A stretch of 64,000 nt of DNA from a virus: the IMG/VR virus record IMGVR_UViG_3300048587_000983. The stretch is one strand, 5' to 3'. The translations under genes were made by a program, and so were the position numbers. Numbering within the stretch: the first letter of the stretch is position 1; each line of letters starts with the position of its first letter. Below, one piece after another: positions 37,112 to 47,256 of the stretch. The notes beneath the pieces were generated by a model. The model saw nothing but the letters and a program-made list of their open reading frames with translations, was not told the origin of the DNA and made no database searches.

Positions 37112-37998
37112 CGCGCCCGCCCCGCAAAACCGGCGAGGAATGCGTCGGTGGCGACCTTCTCCTTGCCGACGTTTATGTTGATGGTATGACCGCCCTTGCC
37201 TTCGGACTTTTTGCCCGAGCCCTTGGAATCACTGTCTTTTTTTGTTTTGGGCTTCGGTTTTGAATTTCCACCTTCCGGGCTCGATTCCGCAACCCCCGGG
37301 GCACCGCCCTCCTCCATGCTAGACTCGCCGGCAGGGCCGCCCTCGCCTTCCATCGGCATCGGACCCTCACCGCCACCCTGGAAGTCTGACATGATATTTT
37401 GAGCTGTGGGGTCGCCTTCGGCGTAGGCCTGACCGGCCATCGCAGCCTCCTGCGCCGCCTGCTCCTGCATCGCAGCTTCCTCTGCGGCAGCCTCGGCCGC
37501 GGAATAAGCCCCGGGATGCGACCAGTGGCCGCAGAGCATACGAGCTGTCACGTCCTGCTTGATCGCAGGGTTGGTGCAAAAACCCGATCCGAGCTGGGGA
37601 TTCAAGGCGCGGAAATGCATGCAGTTGCCGCAGTTGCCGCCCTCGATCTCGGCAGGCAAAGTGATAAGTCCAACTGCAGCGCCGGCCTCCATGTCCTCTG
37701 GGGTGCGCGGGTCAACGCCGCCAAGCTCGTTCCACTTGAGCATTTTCTCAGGAGCAACCCCACCAGGACTGGCGCCCTCAATCATGGGGTCGGCCGGCTC
37801 AGCCTGCACATAGGTTTCCGCTGCACGTTTTTCAAATCCAGCCCAGAAATTCATTGCCATGGCTCCTGTTTTCTTAAGACGCTCGGGAAGGTCCTCGGGG
37901 GTTTCCTTCTCCCACTCGTCGATCGTTTTCTGACTCATCTTCCCCTCAGCCTTGAGGGCGTAGAACTTGCGCCTTTGCGCCATCGATTTAAAGGGCAT
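37108..37998 (-). CDS. Putative virion protein with HiPIP-like four-Cys domain
   Basis: N-terminal MPFKSMAQRRKFYA, FWAGFEKRA motif, CGNCMHF...GFC...V..RMLCGHW, and an acidic/Gly-rich tail. Confidence 0.65.
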   Translation of the reverse strand: MPFKSMAQRRKFYALKAEGKMSQKTIDEWEKETPEDLPERLKKTGAMAMNFWAGFEKRAAETYVQAEPADPMIEGASPGGVAPEKMLKWNELGGVDPRTPEDMEAGAAVGLITLPAEIEGGNCGNCMHFRALNPQLGSGFCTNPAIKQDVTARMLCGHWSHPGAYSAAEAAAEEAAMQEQAAQEAAMAGQAYAEGDPTAQNIMSDFQGGGEGPMPMEGEGGPAGESSMEEGGAPGVAESSPEGGNSKPKPKTKKDSDSKGSGKKSEGKGGHTININVGKEKVATDAFLAGFAGRAR

Positions 37999-40451
37999 CA
38001 GTCAAGCCTCGTCAAAACAATGTTATCGGCCAGCCAGTGCGTTATTCTCGGGCTGATCGGGCTTGTCGTGTACCGGGGGAAGGGGTCCGGCGCCTCCACG
38101 CGGAGGTAATCCTGACCAGTGATGACGGTGGTGGACCCGTCCGTCATGTGCACGACGGCCTCCAGCGTAAACGAGCGAATGAATGTCCCGTAGCGACGGT
38201 AGGGGTCGGTCGTCTGTTGGATGAACTGGACGATGTCGGAGTATTCGAGATCAGTCCCAGCCTTCTGCGCGTTGATAAAGTCTTTGACGAGCTCGGTGAG
38301 CGTCTCATTATCAGGAATGCTGGTGTCCGTCTCGTCCACGCGGTACTCGATGGTGCCTGACACAAACGCCGGCAGATAGTGGCGAATCAGAAAGTCCCCG
38401 TCGAGGACCCGCTCCTGATCGGACCGGCAGAAGTTGTGAAGATCGAGAATCTCCGGCACGTAGTCGTATTCCACGCGGAATGAAAGACCGATGAGGCCGG
38501 AATTGAAGACGATGTACGAGTCTTCAAAGGCCGAGAAACGGTCCGTCGGCGAGTTTACGACAAGCCTGTAATCCGCACCAGCGCCTATACCGAACGGGCC
38601 TTGACCGAAACCGCCGAGACCAAAGCCCGCGCGCCCATCAAGGAATTCTCCGGTGGGCTCAAGCGTCAACGGGTCGATAATCTCGATGGCCCGAATCCGT
38701 AGAAAGGCCACGTCGGTAATTGTGAAATCCTCCCGACCGGGACGAATGCCGCGCGTATAGCCCGTGTCATCGAGTTTTACGAGGGGGCCTATGTCGATCG
38801 AAAGTGGGTTGTACCAAAATTGGACGTAGACGACTTCGCCGTCTTTTATCCCCGTACGGCGAATGTAGTAGTTGATGCCCGACGCCGAATCGGTAAGCTC
38901 AGCATCGAGCACAAGGGTATTGTCGTCAATTTTCTCAAGAACCCTGTAATCGCCGACGTCATCACCTGTCGTGATCGTTACGATGTCATTGGCAAGGACG
39001 TTGAGAAAGACGCCCGGGGTTGGGTCGGAGAAGGTGTTGTCGCCATCGACCGTGACGCCTGTGGTCTGGGCGCCCAGCACAGAGGGACCGATCACGCGGC
39101 GAATATTGCCGTTTGGATCATCGACCTCGTAATGAGTGATCTCTGTAAAAACGATTGGCCCGTCTCCGAAGTAGACATACGGGCCGCCGCCGTTGGTGAG
39201 ACCAAAGACTGCGTTAAGAGCCGATGTGCCTGAGATAGGATCGTCGAGCACGATCTCTGAGGTGAGACCCTGGGTCGGCGAGGTGATACGGATCGAGTTA
39301 CCGGACGCAAACGCCACGTTGAAGCCAAATGCCTGGTTGATGGCGACAATAATCTCCTGACGGGATGTCGCGGAAGGCACCGCCCCGGCGACCTTGATGT
39401 TAAAGAAAACACCGCCGATCCCGATGTAGACATATTGAGCCAAAGCGAGATTGAGAGGCGAGTTCATGTTTACAGGGCTGAGGTACGAGGCCGCGGACGC
39501 GGGCTTCACCTGCTGGACGATAGGATTCTTTCCGCCAGTGCGGTCGAGATTTGTAGCGCGAACGTTGACGTAAGACGTCCCGTTGAGCTGTATGTTGCTG
39601 CTGCCGTAGGCCTGCCGCGACGTGTCTGTGAGAACGGCGACGAAGTTTTTCTCGCCCACCCGCACAGATGTCGTTTTCACGAAGCCATCCACCTTGCCGC
39701 CGATGTGAACATTATATTGAATGTCCCGCATCATCTCGGGATCCCCGAAACCTATGGGGGTGATCTGCTTCAGGAACGTGGCAAAGTTTTCAAAAAGAAT
39801 GGCGTTGATACCCTTGCCGGTGACGAGATCTCTGACGCCGATCGAGTTTTTGACTCTATCTATGTAGTCGATGTTGGTTTCGCGTGAGGCACCGCCCTCG
39901 AAAGCGAGCTTGTTTGTGACAAGAACAGCTTCCGAGTCGTTTGTGATTTCAATGAGGCCGCCGGCGTCAAGATCCCCGTCAGTCCCAAGCTCGGTGCAGA
40001 CCACCGGGATATCGTAGTAGTAATTCCCGTCTTCGATTTGAGCGGACATTTCCGTTGCGAGGATTGCGAAGGGGGAGGGGTTGGTGTAGGTTTTCCCGTT
40101 GCTCCCCGTGAAAAGCGCACCTTCAGCAGGCCATTCTCTATCGACAGGCGAGACGTAGTAGACACGCGCTGTGCCGCCGGCTTGGTCGCCCTCAACACGT
40201 GGAACGTAGAGGTTGCTGGCCAGTGCGTCAACAGCCTCCTCGGAGAAGGAGTTGGGGTCGTCCTGCTGAAGGATCCGGCGGAAGCTTTGTGCGATTTCGA
40301 GCGTGTTGGCTTCGTCAGCAAACGGCTGCAGAATAAACTGCATCGGCTTGAAGAAAAGCGCTTCAAACCCCGTGCCTGGGCGCACGTCAAACTTGGGATC
40401 GTACTCCGTAAGACGTGTTCGCAGAAAATCCGCAATCGGTAGTTGTGCCAT
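37998..40451 (-). CDS. Baseplate J-like wedge protein (817 aa)
   Basis: GG...ETN..YI.R...SI..R.LVT.KGI...L..NF is the baseplate J pattern. Follows a gp25-like gene. Confidence 0.8.
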   Translation of the reverse strand: MAQLPIADFLRTRLTEYDPKFDVRPGTGFEALFFKPMQFILQPFADEANTLEIAQSFRRILQQDDPNSFSEEAVDALASNLYVPRVEGDQAGGTARVYYVSPVDREWPAEGALFTGSNGKTYTNPSPFAILATEMSAQIEDGNYYYDIPVVCTELGTDGDLDAGGLIEITNDSEAVLVTNKLAFEGGASRETNIDYIDRVKNSIGVRDLVTGKGINAILFENFATFLKQITPIGFGDPEMMRDIQYNVHIGGKVDGFVKTTSVRVGEKNFVAVLTDTSRQAYGSSNIQLNGTSYVNVRATNLDRTGGKNPIVQQVKPASAASYLSPVNMNSPLNLALAQYVYIGIGGVFFNIKVAGAVPSATSRQEIIVAINQAFGFNVAFASGNSIRITSPTQGLTSEIVLDDPISGTSALNAVFGLTNGGGPYVYFGDGPIVFTEITHYEVDDPNGNIRRVIGPSVLGAQTTGVTVDGDNTFSDPTPGVFLNVLANDIVTITTGDDVGDYRVLEKIDDNTLVLDAELTDSASGINYYIRRTGIKDGEVVYVQFWYNPLSIDIGPLVKLDDTGYTRGIRPGREDFTITDVAFLRIRAIEIIDPLTLEPTGEFLDGRAGFGLGGFGQGPFGIGAGADYRLVVNSPTDRFSAFEDSYIVFNSGLIGLSFRVEYDYVPEILDLHNFCRSDQERVLDGDFLIRHYLPAFVSGTIEYRVDETDTSIPDNETLTELVKDFINAQKAGTDLEYSDIVQFIQQTTDPYRRYGTFIRSFTLEAVVHMTDGSTTVITGQDYLRVEAPDPFPRYTTSPISPRITHWLADNIVLTRLD

Positions 40452-40452
40452 G

Positions 40453-40863
40453 TTATATCACCACATCCTGCTGTTGCCCGAGTTCGTTTGTAATCCGAAG
40501 CCTGACGAACACCGCGTCGATAGCATCGCCCTCTTCAATACTGACGATTTGAATCTCCTGCAGACGCTCTGAAGCGGGAACCGTGAGGCCTATTTGCTGC
40601 TCCAGCACTTCAGCCTCGGTCTTGCGAACCCGGCGTGTGACTTCGGCTGCAATCTCGTTGAAATCACCCGCTCCGAAGTTAAAGCTGATCAGCTCAGGGA
40701 TTCCACCGCCCAACTCAGGGTCCAAAACGTCCTGTCCTGGTATATTTAAGAGCGATAGTAGCACGATTTGAGTGAGTTTTAAAATGCCAGAGGCGACCTT
40801 TGGCTGGATTTTAAAGGTCACCCGGCGCGTGTTAGGGTCGGTATAAATCACGAGTATTTCCAC
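40453..40863 (-). CDS. Baseplate wedge gp25/GpW-like protein
   Basis: 136 aa; LLN.PG.D..DP..GGG...L...P.SERL..I.IVSI pattern directly before baseplate J. Confidence 0.75.
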   Translation of the reverse strand: MEILVIYTDPNTRRVTFKIQPKVASGILKLTQIVLLSLLNIPGQDVLDPELGGGIPELISFNFGAGDFNEIAAEVTRRVRKTEAEVLEQQIGLTVPASERLQEIQIVSIEEGDAIDAVFVRLRITNELGQQQDVVI

Positions 40864-40872
40864 GGCGACTCC

Positions 40873-43098
40873 TTAGAAGCTGAGTACGTCTTTAAGCCTT
40901 GCAAGGGACTGGCCGACGCCGCTGCTGGAGATGATCCCGCAGAACGCCTCCTGGATACTGAAGGAACCACCGAGGCTGTTGAAGCGAAGGCAGTCCTGGA
41001 GGTTTTTGAAGATGGCAAGATCGAAGTCGATGGAGAACTGGATATTGAGAAGATCGGCATCCTTTTCCAACTCGAACTCGATCTGACTAAGCTTGTCGCG
41101 GCTCGCCTGGTCAGGAAAGCACTGCTTTAAAAGTGCCACGGATGCGAGAGCGGCACCCACAAACGTCGCCTCTTTGCTGTTGAGCTTAAAGAATTTGTTA
41201 AAATCGCCGGACTCCAAAAGCTCCTGCGCGTTATCGAGCCCAGCGCTTTGAAGAAGCGCAAAGATTCCGTCGCCGATCTTTTTTATGGTGTCCTCAAGCT
41301 CAAAGGGAGTATCGACAAACCGCTGGAGGATGGCGGCTATCTCGTTGTCGCGGGAAACGGTGATGGCGAGTCTTTTGAGGACCGAGCGGGCCACGCCCAG
41401 CACTTCCGTCCGCACCGTGGCACTGATAGGGGCATTATTTGCCTCAAGAAGAAAGACGAGGAGCTGACTTTCAAGCTCGGCCGTCTGCTCCTGGGCATCG
41501 GTTGCCCGGAAGACCGCCCCTTCGATCTTGATATCGTCAAGCTTTTTGAGGTTGACGACTGCTGTTTGATAGGCGTTTGCCGACTGCTGACTTATGTTCA
41601 AAGCATCAAGTGCCCCGGACGGCGACTCCAGTTTAGCCCTTGCGAAAGTCGGATATTCCGGCTCAAGGCGACCAGCCAGCGTAAGAAGCACGACATCGTT
41701 CTCCTGACTAAGTGTGGCGGCGTGCACCCGTGCCAGCGTTGTGACCACATTGTTGGCCGCAATTGATGCTCCAAGCACAGTGATGCGATCACCCTGTTTC
41801 GGAGTCCGGGGCAGGCCTGCACTCAAAATGAGTATCTGGTTGGCCCCGACAGAGACCTTTGCCAGTGCGCCTGGAATCTCAGCCGTCCCGATGGCGACAA
41901 TCGTGGCAGCTTGCACGTAGGTCGTAAACTGCCCGGTTGGTATCGTCTTAAAGTTTTCAAGGATTATACTGAGGTCCATCCCCCACTTGAACGCTTGAAC
42001 GGAGGCGGTCAGAGGCTGAGGCTTAAAGCCGCCGATAGGCCCCGCAAAGGCCGTAGGCGAACCGTTGAGGATATCAGCCATGGAGCCCGCGACGTTATCC
42101 ACCCGGTTAAGGAGAGGGTCAAAGAGTGAGAGGATATATTTTTTGTAGTAGGCGGGAAGACCGCTCGTCATCTGACTTAGAGCCGAGATGAAGGCAGCGA
42201 TTCGCGCATTGATGTTGACCACGATTTCAAAGTAACCTTCCGCAGCCTCAATCACCTGTTTTGAAACCTTGGGGATTGAGATCGTGGCCTGAACCTGCTG
42301 CTCTGTGGTCGGCACAGGCGGGTTCTCAAAAAGCCCTATGGCCGCGATTTGCCCGGCTTTCACGGCATCGACCGCGCTGTTCCCCGTCGTGCCGTTGGCA
42401 AGGGGGTTATTGACAACGCTTGTCAGTGTGCTCTTGTTGACAGTTCCGCCGGCCACGCCGCGGTTGATGCTTTGGTTCGGGAGGGGTGGCGTGACGAGCG
42501 ACCTGGCTCTTTCGAGCGAAGCCTTCGCCGAATCAAAGCGCCTTGAAAGCCATAGATCCCTACGGACGAACGTATTTCGGACCAGAAGAAGATCGGTACG
42601 AGCCGAGCGCACGTCAAGGAGGGCTCGTCGAAGCTGGGCGATGTAAGGGTCATAGACCGGGTTTCCCTGAGTGAGAATTTTAAGAAGGTTATAAAGCTCT
42701 GTGACCTTTGATGATAGCTCGGCAAGGATCTCCTGCTTTTCCCGCAAAAGCGTGATGGTATTGGTCGCCAGTCGCCGCACGAAGTACATCACGAGCTCGT
42801 TGTTAGCCATGATGCTCGCCGCGAGAATGTTGTTGGCGAGGTTGAAGGCCTGCTGAGCTGTATCCTCAAGCCCTGTCGCCTGCAGCGCTTCAATGAGGAC
42901 GACGCCTGTGTTCTGCCTAAGATATTCGCCCGCAAATGACGAAAGGGGACCGAGGCCCCCTGACGCTGCATCGACGAGCTTGCCGGAAAGCTCAAACGTC
43001 ACAAGGTTCCCCGGGTCAGAGAGCTTCATCTGAAGCAGCGCCAGGTTTTCAATAATGTTATCGGTACATTTTTTAACGAAGTACGCGCCAAGACTCAT
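40873..43098 (-). CDS. Hypothetical (putative virion) protein, about 741 aa
   Basis: Start reassigned to ATG 43098 (ATGA overlap with upstream stop). Confidence 0.7.
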   Translation of the reverse strand: MSLGAYFVKKCTDNIIENLALLQMKLSDPGNLVTFELSGKLVDAASGGLGPLSSFAGEYLRQNTGVVLIEALQATGLEDTAQQAFNLANNILAASIMANNELVMYFVRRLATNTITLLREKQEILAELSSKVTELYNLLKILTQGNPVYDPYIAQLRRALLDVRSARTDLLLVRNTFVRRDLWLSRRFDSAKASLERARSLVTPPLPNQSINRGVAGGTVNKSTLTSVVNNPLANGTTGNSAVDAVKAGQIAAIGLFENPPVPTTEQQVQATISIPKVSKQVIEAAEGYFEIVVNINARIAAFISALSQMTSGLPAYYKKYILSLFDPLLNRVDNVAGSMADILNGSPTAFAGPIGGFKPQPLTASVQAFKWGMDLSIILENFKTIPTGQFTTYVQAATIVAIGTAEIPGALAKVSVGANQILILSAGLPRTPKQGDRITVLGASIAANNVVTTLARVHAATLSQENDVVLLTLAGRLEPEYPTFARAKLESPSGALDALNISQQSANAYQTAVVNLKKLDDIKIEGAVFRATDAQEQTAELESQLLVFLLEANNAPISATVRTEVLGVARSVLKRLAITVSRDNEIAAILQRFVDTPFELEDTIKKIGDGIFALLQSAGLDNAQELLESGDFNKFFKLNSKEATFVGAALASVALLKQCFPDQASRDKLSQIEFELEKDADLLNIQFSIDFDLAIFKNLQDCLRFNSLGGSFSIQEAFCGIISSSGVGQSLARLKDVLSF

Positions 43099-43826
43099 TT
43101 TTTGAAAGCCTTCTCCGCGCGCTCGCGGATCCGTGCGTGAAGCGCCCGAACCTTGGACGCCGACCATCCATTTCTCTGCCCGATACCTTCAAAGTCAATC
43201 TTGCCGTTGGCCTTGACCATCTTGGGTTTGCCGTGCTCGCCCGTTATGAAATCGTAGACGACCTGCTCATCACCAGGGAGGCTATAGTAAAGGTCCGAGA
43301 TGATCGCGCGGTCAATACTTGATTCATAAAACGGATGAGTCTCAACCCCGTCGGAGATGGAAAGGTTTTTGTGAATCTCGCGCTGCGTAAGCTCCACGGT
43401 CTTGACGCTCCACCCCAGCCGGTCGGCAAGCTCCACGGCAGACGGCTGCCGGTCAAGCTCGGCGCGCAGATTCTCCGTCTCGTTTTGGAAAAGCCCGATA
43501 CGGGTCGCTCGCGGCTCGCTCATCTTTCCGACGTTCGCATAAAGATAGTTGAGGCGTTTTCCCTTTTGATTGACGGCAGTATAGACGTGGCTTTGCAGCG
43601 ACGCCCCGCCCTCAGGTTTAAACGTCCTGAGTGCATCGAGCATGTTTTGAGCTGCCCAGATCTGATGGGCACTTTGGGGGATCGTTGAGCCGTAGGAGGC
43701 CTTGCGGGCGGCATCGAAAAGAAGCGGTTTCATGCTGTTATAGAGACCCTGGAACGCCTCTTTTGAGCCCGTCTGCTTCCACTGGTTGTAAAGATCAATC
43801 TCGGTTTTCTTGCGATCTTCAGCCAT
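43095..43826 (-). CDS. Sigma-70-family-like RNA polymerase sigma factor
   Basis: Start ATG 43826. Region-2-like LDALRTFKPEGGASLQSHVY, region-3-like L.R.PS..ELA..LGWS, and region-4-like HTH at the C-terminus (GQRNGWSASKVRALHARI). Confidence 0.75.
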   Translation of the reverse strand: MAEDRKKTEIDLYNQWKQTGSKEAFQGLYNSMKPLLFDAARKASYGSTIPQSAHQIWAAQNMLDALRTFKPEGGASLQSHVYTAVNQKGKRLNYLYANVGKMSEPRATRIGLFQNETENLRAELDRQPSAVELADRLGWSVKTVELTQREIHKNLSISDGVETHPFYESSIDRAIISDLYYSLPGDEQVVYDFITGEHGKPKMVKANGKIDFEGIGQRNGWSASKVRALHARIRERAEKAFKK

Positions 43827-45888
43827 TGAAGCCCCTCTGCTTTTTGAGGATGTCCCGGTACCGCACAATCACATTGCGCTTGAGCGTGATAACCGATTGG
43901 TCGGCCTGCCCGACCCGAAGGAACTGGTTGCCCGAGAATTCAATGAACTGGGCGTTTTCCAGGTCCTTGACTCCGGTCGTCGCGCTTATAAAAGTCATGG
44001 CGTCACGCATTTTAACATAATCACGAGAAGTCACAGAAGCTATGTATCCCATGATATCAGCGTTCTGCTCGCGCTTCTTCGCATATTCCTGAAGGAGCTT
44101 GCGCGAGGCCCCAAGAAGCGTTGTCTCGCCCGCATAGTAATTCGTGAGCGCCTTTGAGCCCTTGGCACCGAGAAGATCCGCGTAGAACTCCGAAAGTCTC
44201 GCAGTGGAGACGTGCTGATTTCCAAGGCTTTTAACCTCCTTCGGGGCCGCCTCCGAGGGGGGAGGCGTTGTCACGGCACCAAAGATGGCCTCGTCAAACC
44301 AGGGCGGGATAAGAAGCTGCGTTCCAAAGCTGCTCGATACGTCCTGCTCTGCGACGGTGCGGGCGTAGGTCAGCTGCACGTTTGTGTAGCCGCCCTCGGT
44401 TGCGTAGATCCTGTGGGTGACCGATGCGCAGTAGGCCGTGACGGTCTGGTCGGCATCGCTTTTATCAAGGATGAGGACGGGGAAGCCGGGCACAACCGAC
44501 ATTTTAAGGTGGCTCGTGATCTGAAGCTGCCGCTTCTGAAACCGCTTTTTAAAAAAGAGGTAACGCGCGACGCGCTGCGTGAACTCCTTCTTCCCATGAT
44601 CGTCGAGGGCTGAGCGGAACTGGGTGGTCGCGGGCATCATACTTTCCCTCGCCACCCATATCCCCTTGTAGATCTCTTCGTTTGTGAGGAACTGAGCCTC
44701 GCGTTTTTTAGCGTTGTTGACCGAAGCCGCTGCCGACGAGTCATCGTCATAGAACTTCCCGTAATCGACGCCCACAGGTGTCTGGAGGGCATCGCCACCC
44801 GCAAAATTAGCGGAGGGCTGCTCGCGCAACATGAAGTTTGCAAAGCTCGGCGGTTCGTAGACATGAGGCAGAAAGACGACGCTGCTCGCGGCGCCTAGTC
44901 GCGCGGGAAGCTCCGGCGTATAGATGAGGCGCGTTGGCTCTTCAAAAAAGTTTCTGCTAAACTGAAAGCTCGAATATTCATCGGGGAAAAAGATATTACA
45001 GACTGGAGGCGGCATCATGTAAAGGTTAGGCTTGAACACAAAACTGCCGATGGTCTGAGCATTGCTACTCACACCGGGCAGAGGATTTTTGATTTTACTT
45101 TTTACGCGGCCGGGGAAAGGCACGGTGATCATATCGTGGAAGATGAGCGACATCAAATCTTGAATGATCGAGCGGAGCGAGGTGTAACCTGAGTTGCGCC
45201 CCACAATCCCCTCAAACCATTCAAGCGCCTCGTTCTGCTCCAGTAGTTGCTGCAGCTTACCGCTCGATCGCAAAACGATCCTGTCTATGATGCGGAGCCG
45301 CTCCTCTGCGTTCTTATAGAAATCGTTCACGACCGAAAAACTTTTATAAAGCTCGACGAAAGCATCAAGAAAATCTTTCGTGGGATCCTTCAGGACGTCA
45401 GCGATCTTTTGCCTATAAAAACTTGACTGTGCAGGTACCACGGGCTGGATTTTTATGCCTTGCTTTTCCGCATCAGTACGGTCGAGTGCCTGCCCAGATA
45501 GCTCGTTTGTGCCTTTGCCGAGACTCTGCTGCGCGTTGAAAAAGTAGGAGAGTACGTTATCCCAGTAGGAGCTCTCATCGATGCAGGAGATTGAGAAAGT
45601 CCTGTCCGATGCGGTCTTGCCAAAGTTATACCCGAAGACCTCACCCTGCCAGGCGAGAATATAAGGGAAGGGCGTCCCCGAGTTGGTGCCGGCCGCCGTA
45701 TCCATGTAGTTGCGGACAAAGATCTGAACGAGCGAGCGGGGCTTGATCGAGTTGATCGTCTGATGCGGGACAAGGTCCACATAGGCGATCGATGCCTGGT
45801 TGACCCCCGTGTTGATCGTGGCCCCTATGAAAGGGACCTCAATACCTTCAATCAGAAGCTTGGCGCCTAGTGGCCTTCCTTGTGCCAT
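43819..45888 (-). CDS. Putative baseplate hub protein (gp27/late-control-D-like), 689 aa
   Basis: KLLIEGIEVPF...F.GEV..Y...R.FSI.C.D at the N-terminus; position two genes downstream of the tape measure-associated small ORFs. Confidence 0.6.
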   Translation of the reverse strand: MAQGRPLGAKLLIEGIEVPFIGATINTGVNQASIAYVDLVPHQTINSIKPRSLVQIFVRNYMDTAAGTNSGTPFPYILAWQGEVFGYNFGKTASDRTFSISCIDESSYWDNVLSYFFNAQQSLGKGTNELSGQALDRTDAEKQGIKIQPVVPAQSSFYRQKIADVLKDPTKDFLDAFVELYKSFSVVNDFYKNAEERLRIIDRIVLRSSGKLQQLLEQNEALEWFEGIVGRNSGYTSLRSIIQDLMSLIFHDMITVPFPGRVKSKIKNPLPGVSSNAQTIGSFVFKPNLYMMPPPVCNIFFPDEYSSFQFSRNFFEEPTRLIYTPELPARLGAASSVVFLPHVYEPPSFANFMLREQPSANFAGGDALQTPVGVDYGKFYDDDSSAAASVNNAKKREAQFLTNEEIYKGIWVARESMMPATTQFRSALDDHGKKEFTQRVARYLFFKKRFQKRQLQITSHLKMSVVPGFPVLILDKSDADQTVTAYCASVTHRIYATEGGYTNVQLTYARTVAEQDVSSSFGTQLLIPPWFDEAIFGAVTTPPPSEAAPKEVKSLGNQHVSTARLSEFYADLLGAKGSKALTNYYAGETTLLGASRKLLQEYAKKREQNADIMGYIASVTSRDYVKMRDAMTFISATTGVKDLENAQFIEFSGNQFLRVGQADQSVITLKRNVIVRYRDILKKQRGFNG

Positions 45889-45894
45889 GAGTCC

Positions 45895-46797
45895 TCACCC
45901 GATGAGAAGTCCGACGGCAGGTGCACCTGCCATGGTTTTCCGAACAGCGCTTTGTGCCGAGGAAACCCCTGGCTGCGAGCTGCCGGCCCCTGTGGTCCCG
46001 CCCGTCACCTGGTTGAGCATCTTAAGAAACTGCTGGTCGGCTTTTAGATTTTGATTGTCACTCGTAGCAAACCCGAAATCGTCGGAAAAGCCAAGGAATT
46101 TACGATCGAAGACCACCACCTGAAAGGAAAACTCGACGGAGCCTTCGATGGCGGCCTGGGTGGCCGTGTTCACATTGAGCATGAGCCCTTCGATCTGGCG
46201 ACCGCCATAGGTAAGGATGAGGCGGCTGTTGAGCTCCACGCACTTTGTCCCGCGCAGATAGGTGCGGTACATGAACATGAAATCAGAGAGCCAGTTGGCA
46301 TTGCGTGTGTTGACGAGTTTTCCCGAAAAGGAATAGACGGGAGGCCTCTCGCCAAACATGAAGACGTAAAAATTACCAAAGGTCTCCACAATCTGGGAGC
46401 GCTCGACATGAGCCTCCTGCACGGATTCTATGAAGAATTTGGTGTAGGCCGGCAGGATATCCGACGGCCTTTTATCCTTTGGCCTTTGTCCGAAAAGCCT
46501 TATCGAAGCCGGCCTCTGATCCTCGGCAGGATCATCGAAGGTCCGCGGCTGCGTCTCGTAAACTCCATCGGTTCCCGTAGCAAACTTACCGAATCTGTAA
46601 TAATCGGCAACCTGCTCGAAGGGCTCCGAGACGGGTGCGGTGGGGATGGAGCCGGTGGCAATCGTCGGGAAGAGTTCTTTTTTCTCCACTTCCCGTACTG
46701 GGCTGGCTTCATTTGCCAGAAGCTGACTGACGCGCCCCTGAAGAGGCTGCTGCAAAAGACTCCCGGGGTCTGTTCCGAAGGCTGCAAATTGTCCCAT
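45895..46797 (-). CDS. Putative tail tube initiator/baseplate protein
   Basis: F.ESVQEA..ERSQ.VETFG..Y.F.FGERP.VY.FSG.L pattern; position downstream of the tape measure gene. Confidence 0.5.
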   Translation of the reverse strand: MGQFAAFGTDPGSLLQQPLQGRVSQLLANEASPVREVEKKELFPTIATGSIPTAPVSEPFEQVADYYRFGKFATGTDGVYETQPRTFDDPAEDQRPASIRLFGQRPKDKRPSDILPAYTKFFIESVQEAHVERSQIVETFGNFYVFMFGERPPVYSFSGKLVNTRNANWLSDFMFMYRTYLRGTKCVELNSRLILTYGGRQIEGLMLNVNTATQAAIEGSVEFSFQVVVFDRKFLGFSDDFGFATSDNQNLKADQQFLKMLNQVTGGTTGAGSSQPGVSSAQSAVRKTMAGAPAVGLLIG

Positions 46798-47036
46798 CAG
46801 GTTCCGAGCTCCTCAGTGTTATTAAGCCACACAGAACTGATCGTGCGCTGCGCCACGGGTTTTCCCTGGTCGATCTGCTTACCAAGGTTCAGCATCTGGA
46901 CCGCACGCGCCTGAGAGAATGCCTTATCCTGGACTATATCCTCGACGTCATAGCCAACCACTGTTTTAAGGCGAACCTGAAAAAGCCCAATATCTGCGCT
47001 CACAACATACGATGACTGCGATACGACCTCGCTCAT
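46797..47036 (-). CDS. Hypothetical protein (79 aa)
   Basis: Coupled ORF. Confidence 0.6.
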   Translation of the reverse strand: MSEVVSQSSYVVSADIGLFQVRLKTVVGYDVEDIVQDKAFSQARAVQMLNLGKQIDQGKPVAQRTISSVWLNNTEELGT

Positions 47037-47251
47037 GCCATCCCTCCTCTTGTGCCTTCGCGCCTAAGCCTTTGCAGAAACTCATCGGCGATCGGGCTTT
47101 CCTGAAAGCCGAGGTTCAGCTCCTTCAGCTGCGAGAGGACGCTTTTGTTTTCCGATAAAATCTTGTCCGACATACCCGTGAGTACGTAGGTGTCGGATGA
47201 GCTTACGGAAGGAGCCTTTTTTCCGCCGCCATTGACCTCTTTTTTTTCCAC
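47033..47251 (-). CDS. Hypothetical protein (72 aa)
   Basis: Coupled ORF directly after the tape measure gene. Confidence 0.55.
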   Translation of the reverse strand: MEKKEVNGGGKKAPSVSSSDTYVLTGMSDKILSENKSVLSQLKELNLGFQESPIADEFLQRLRREGTRGGMA

Positions 47252-47256
47252 CGCCG

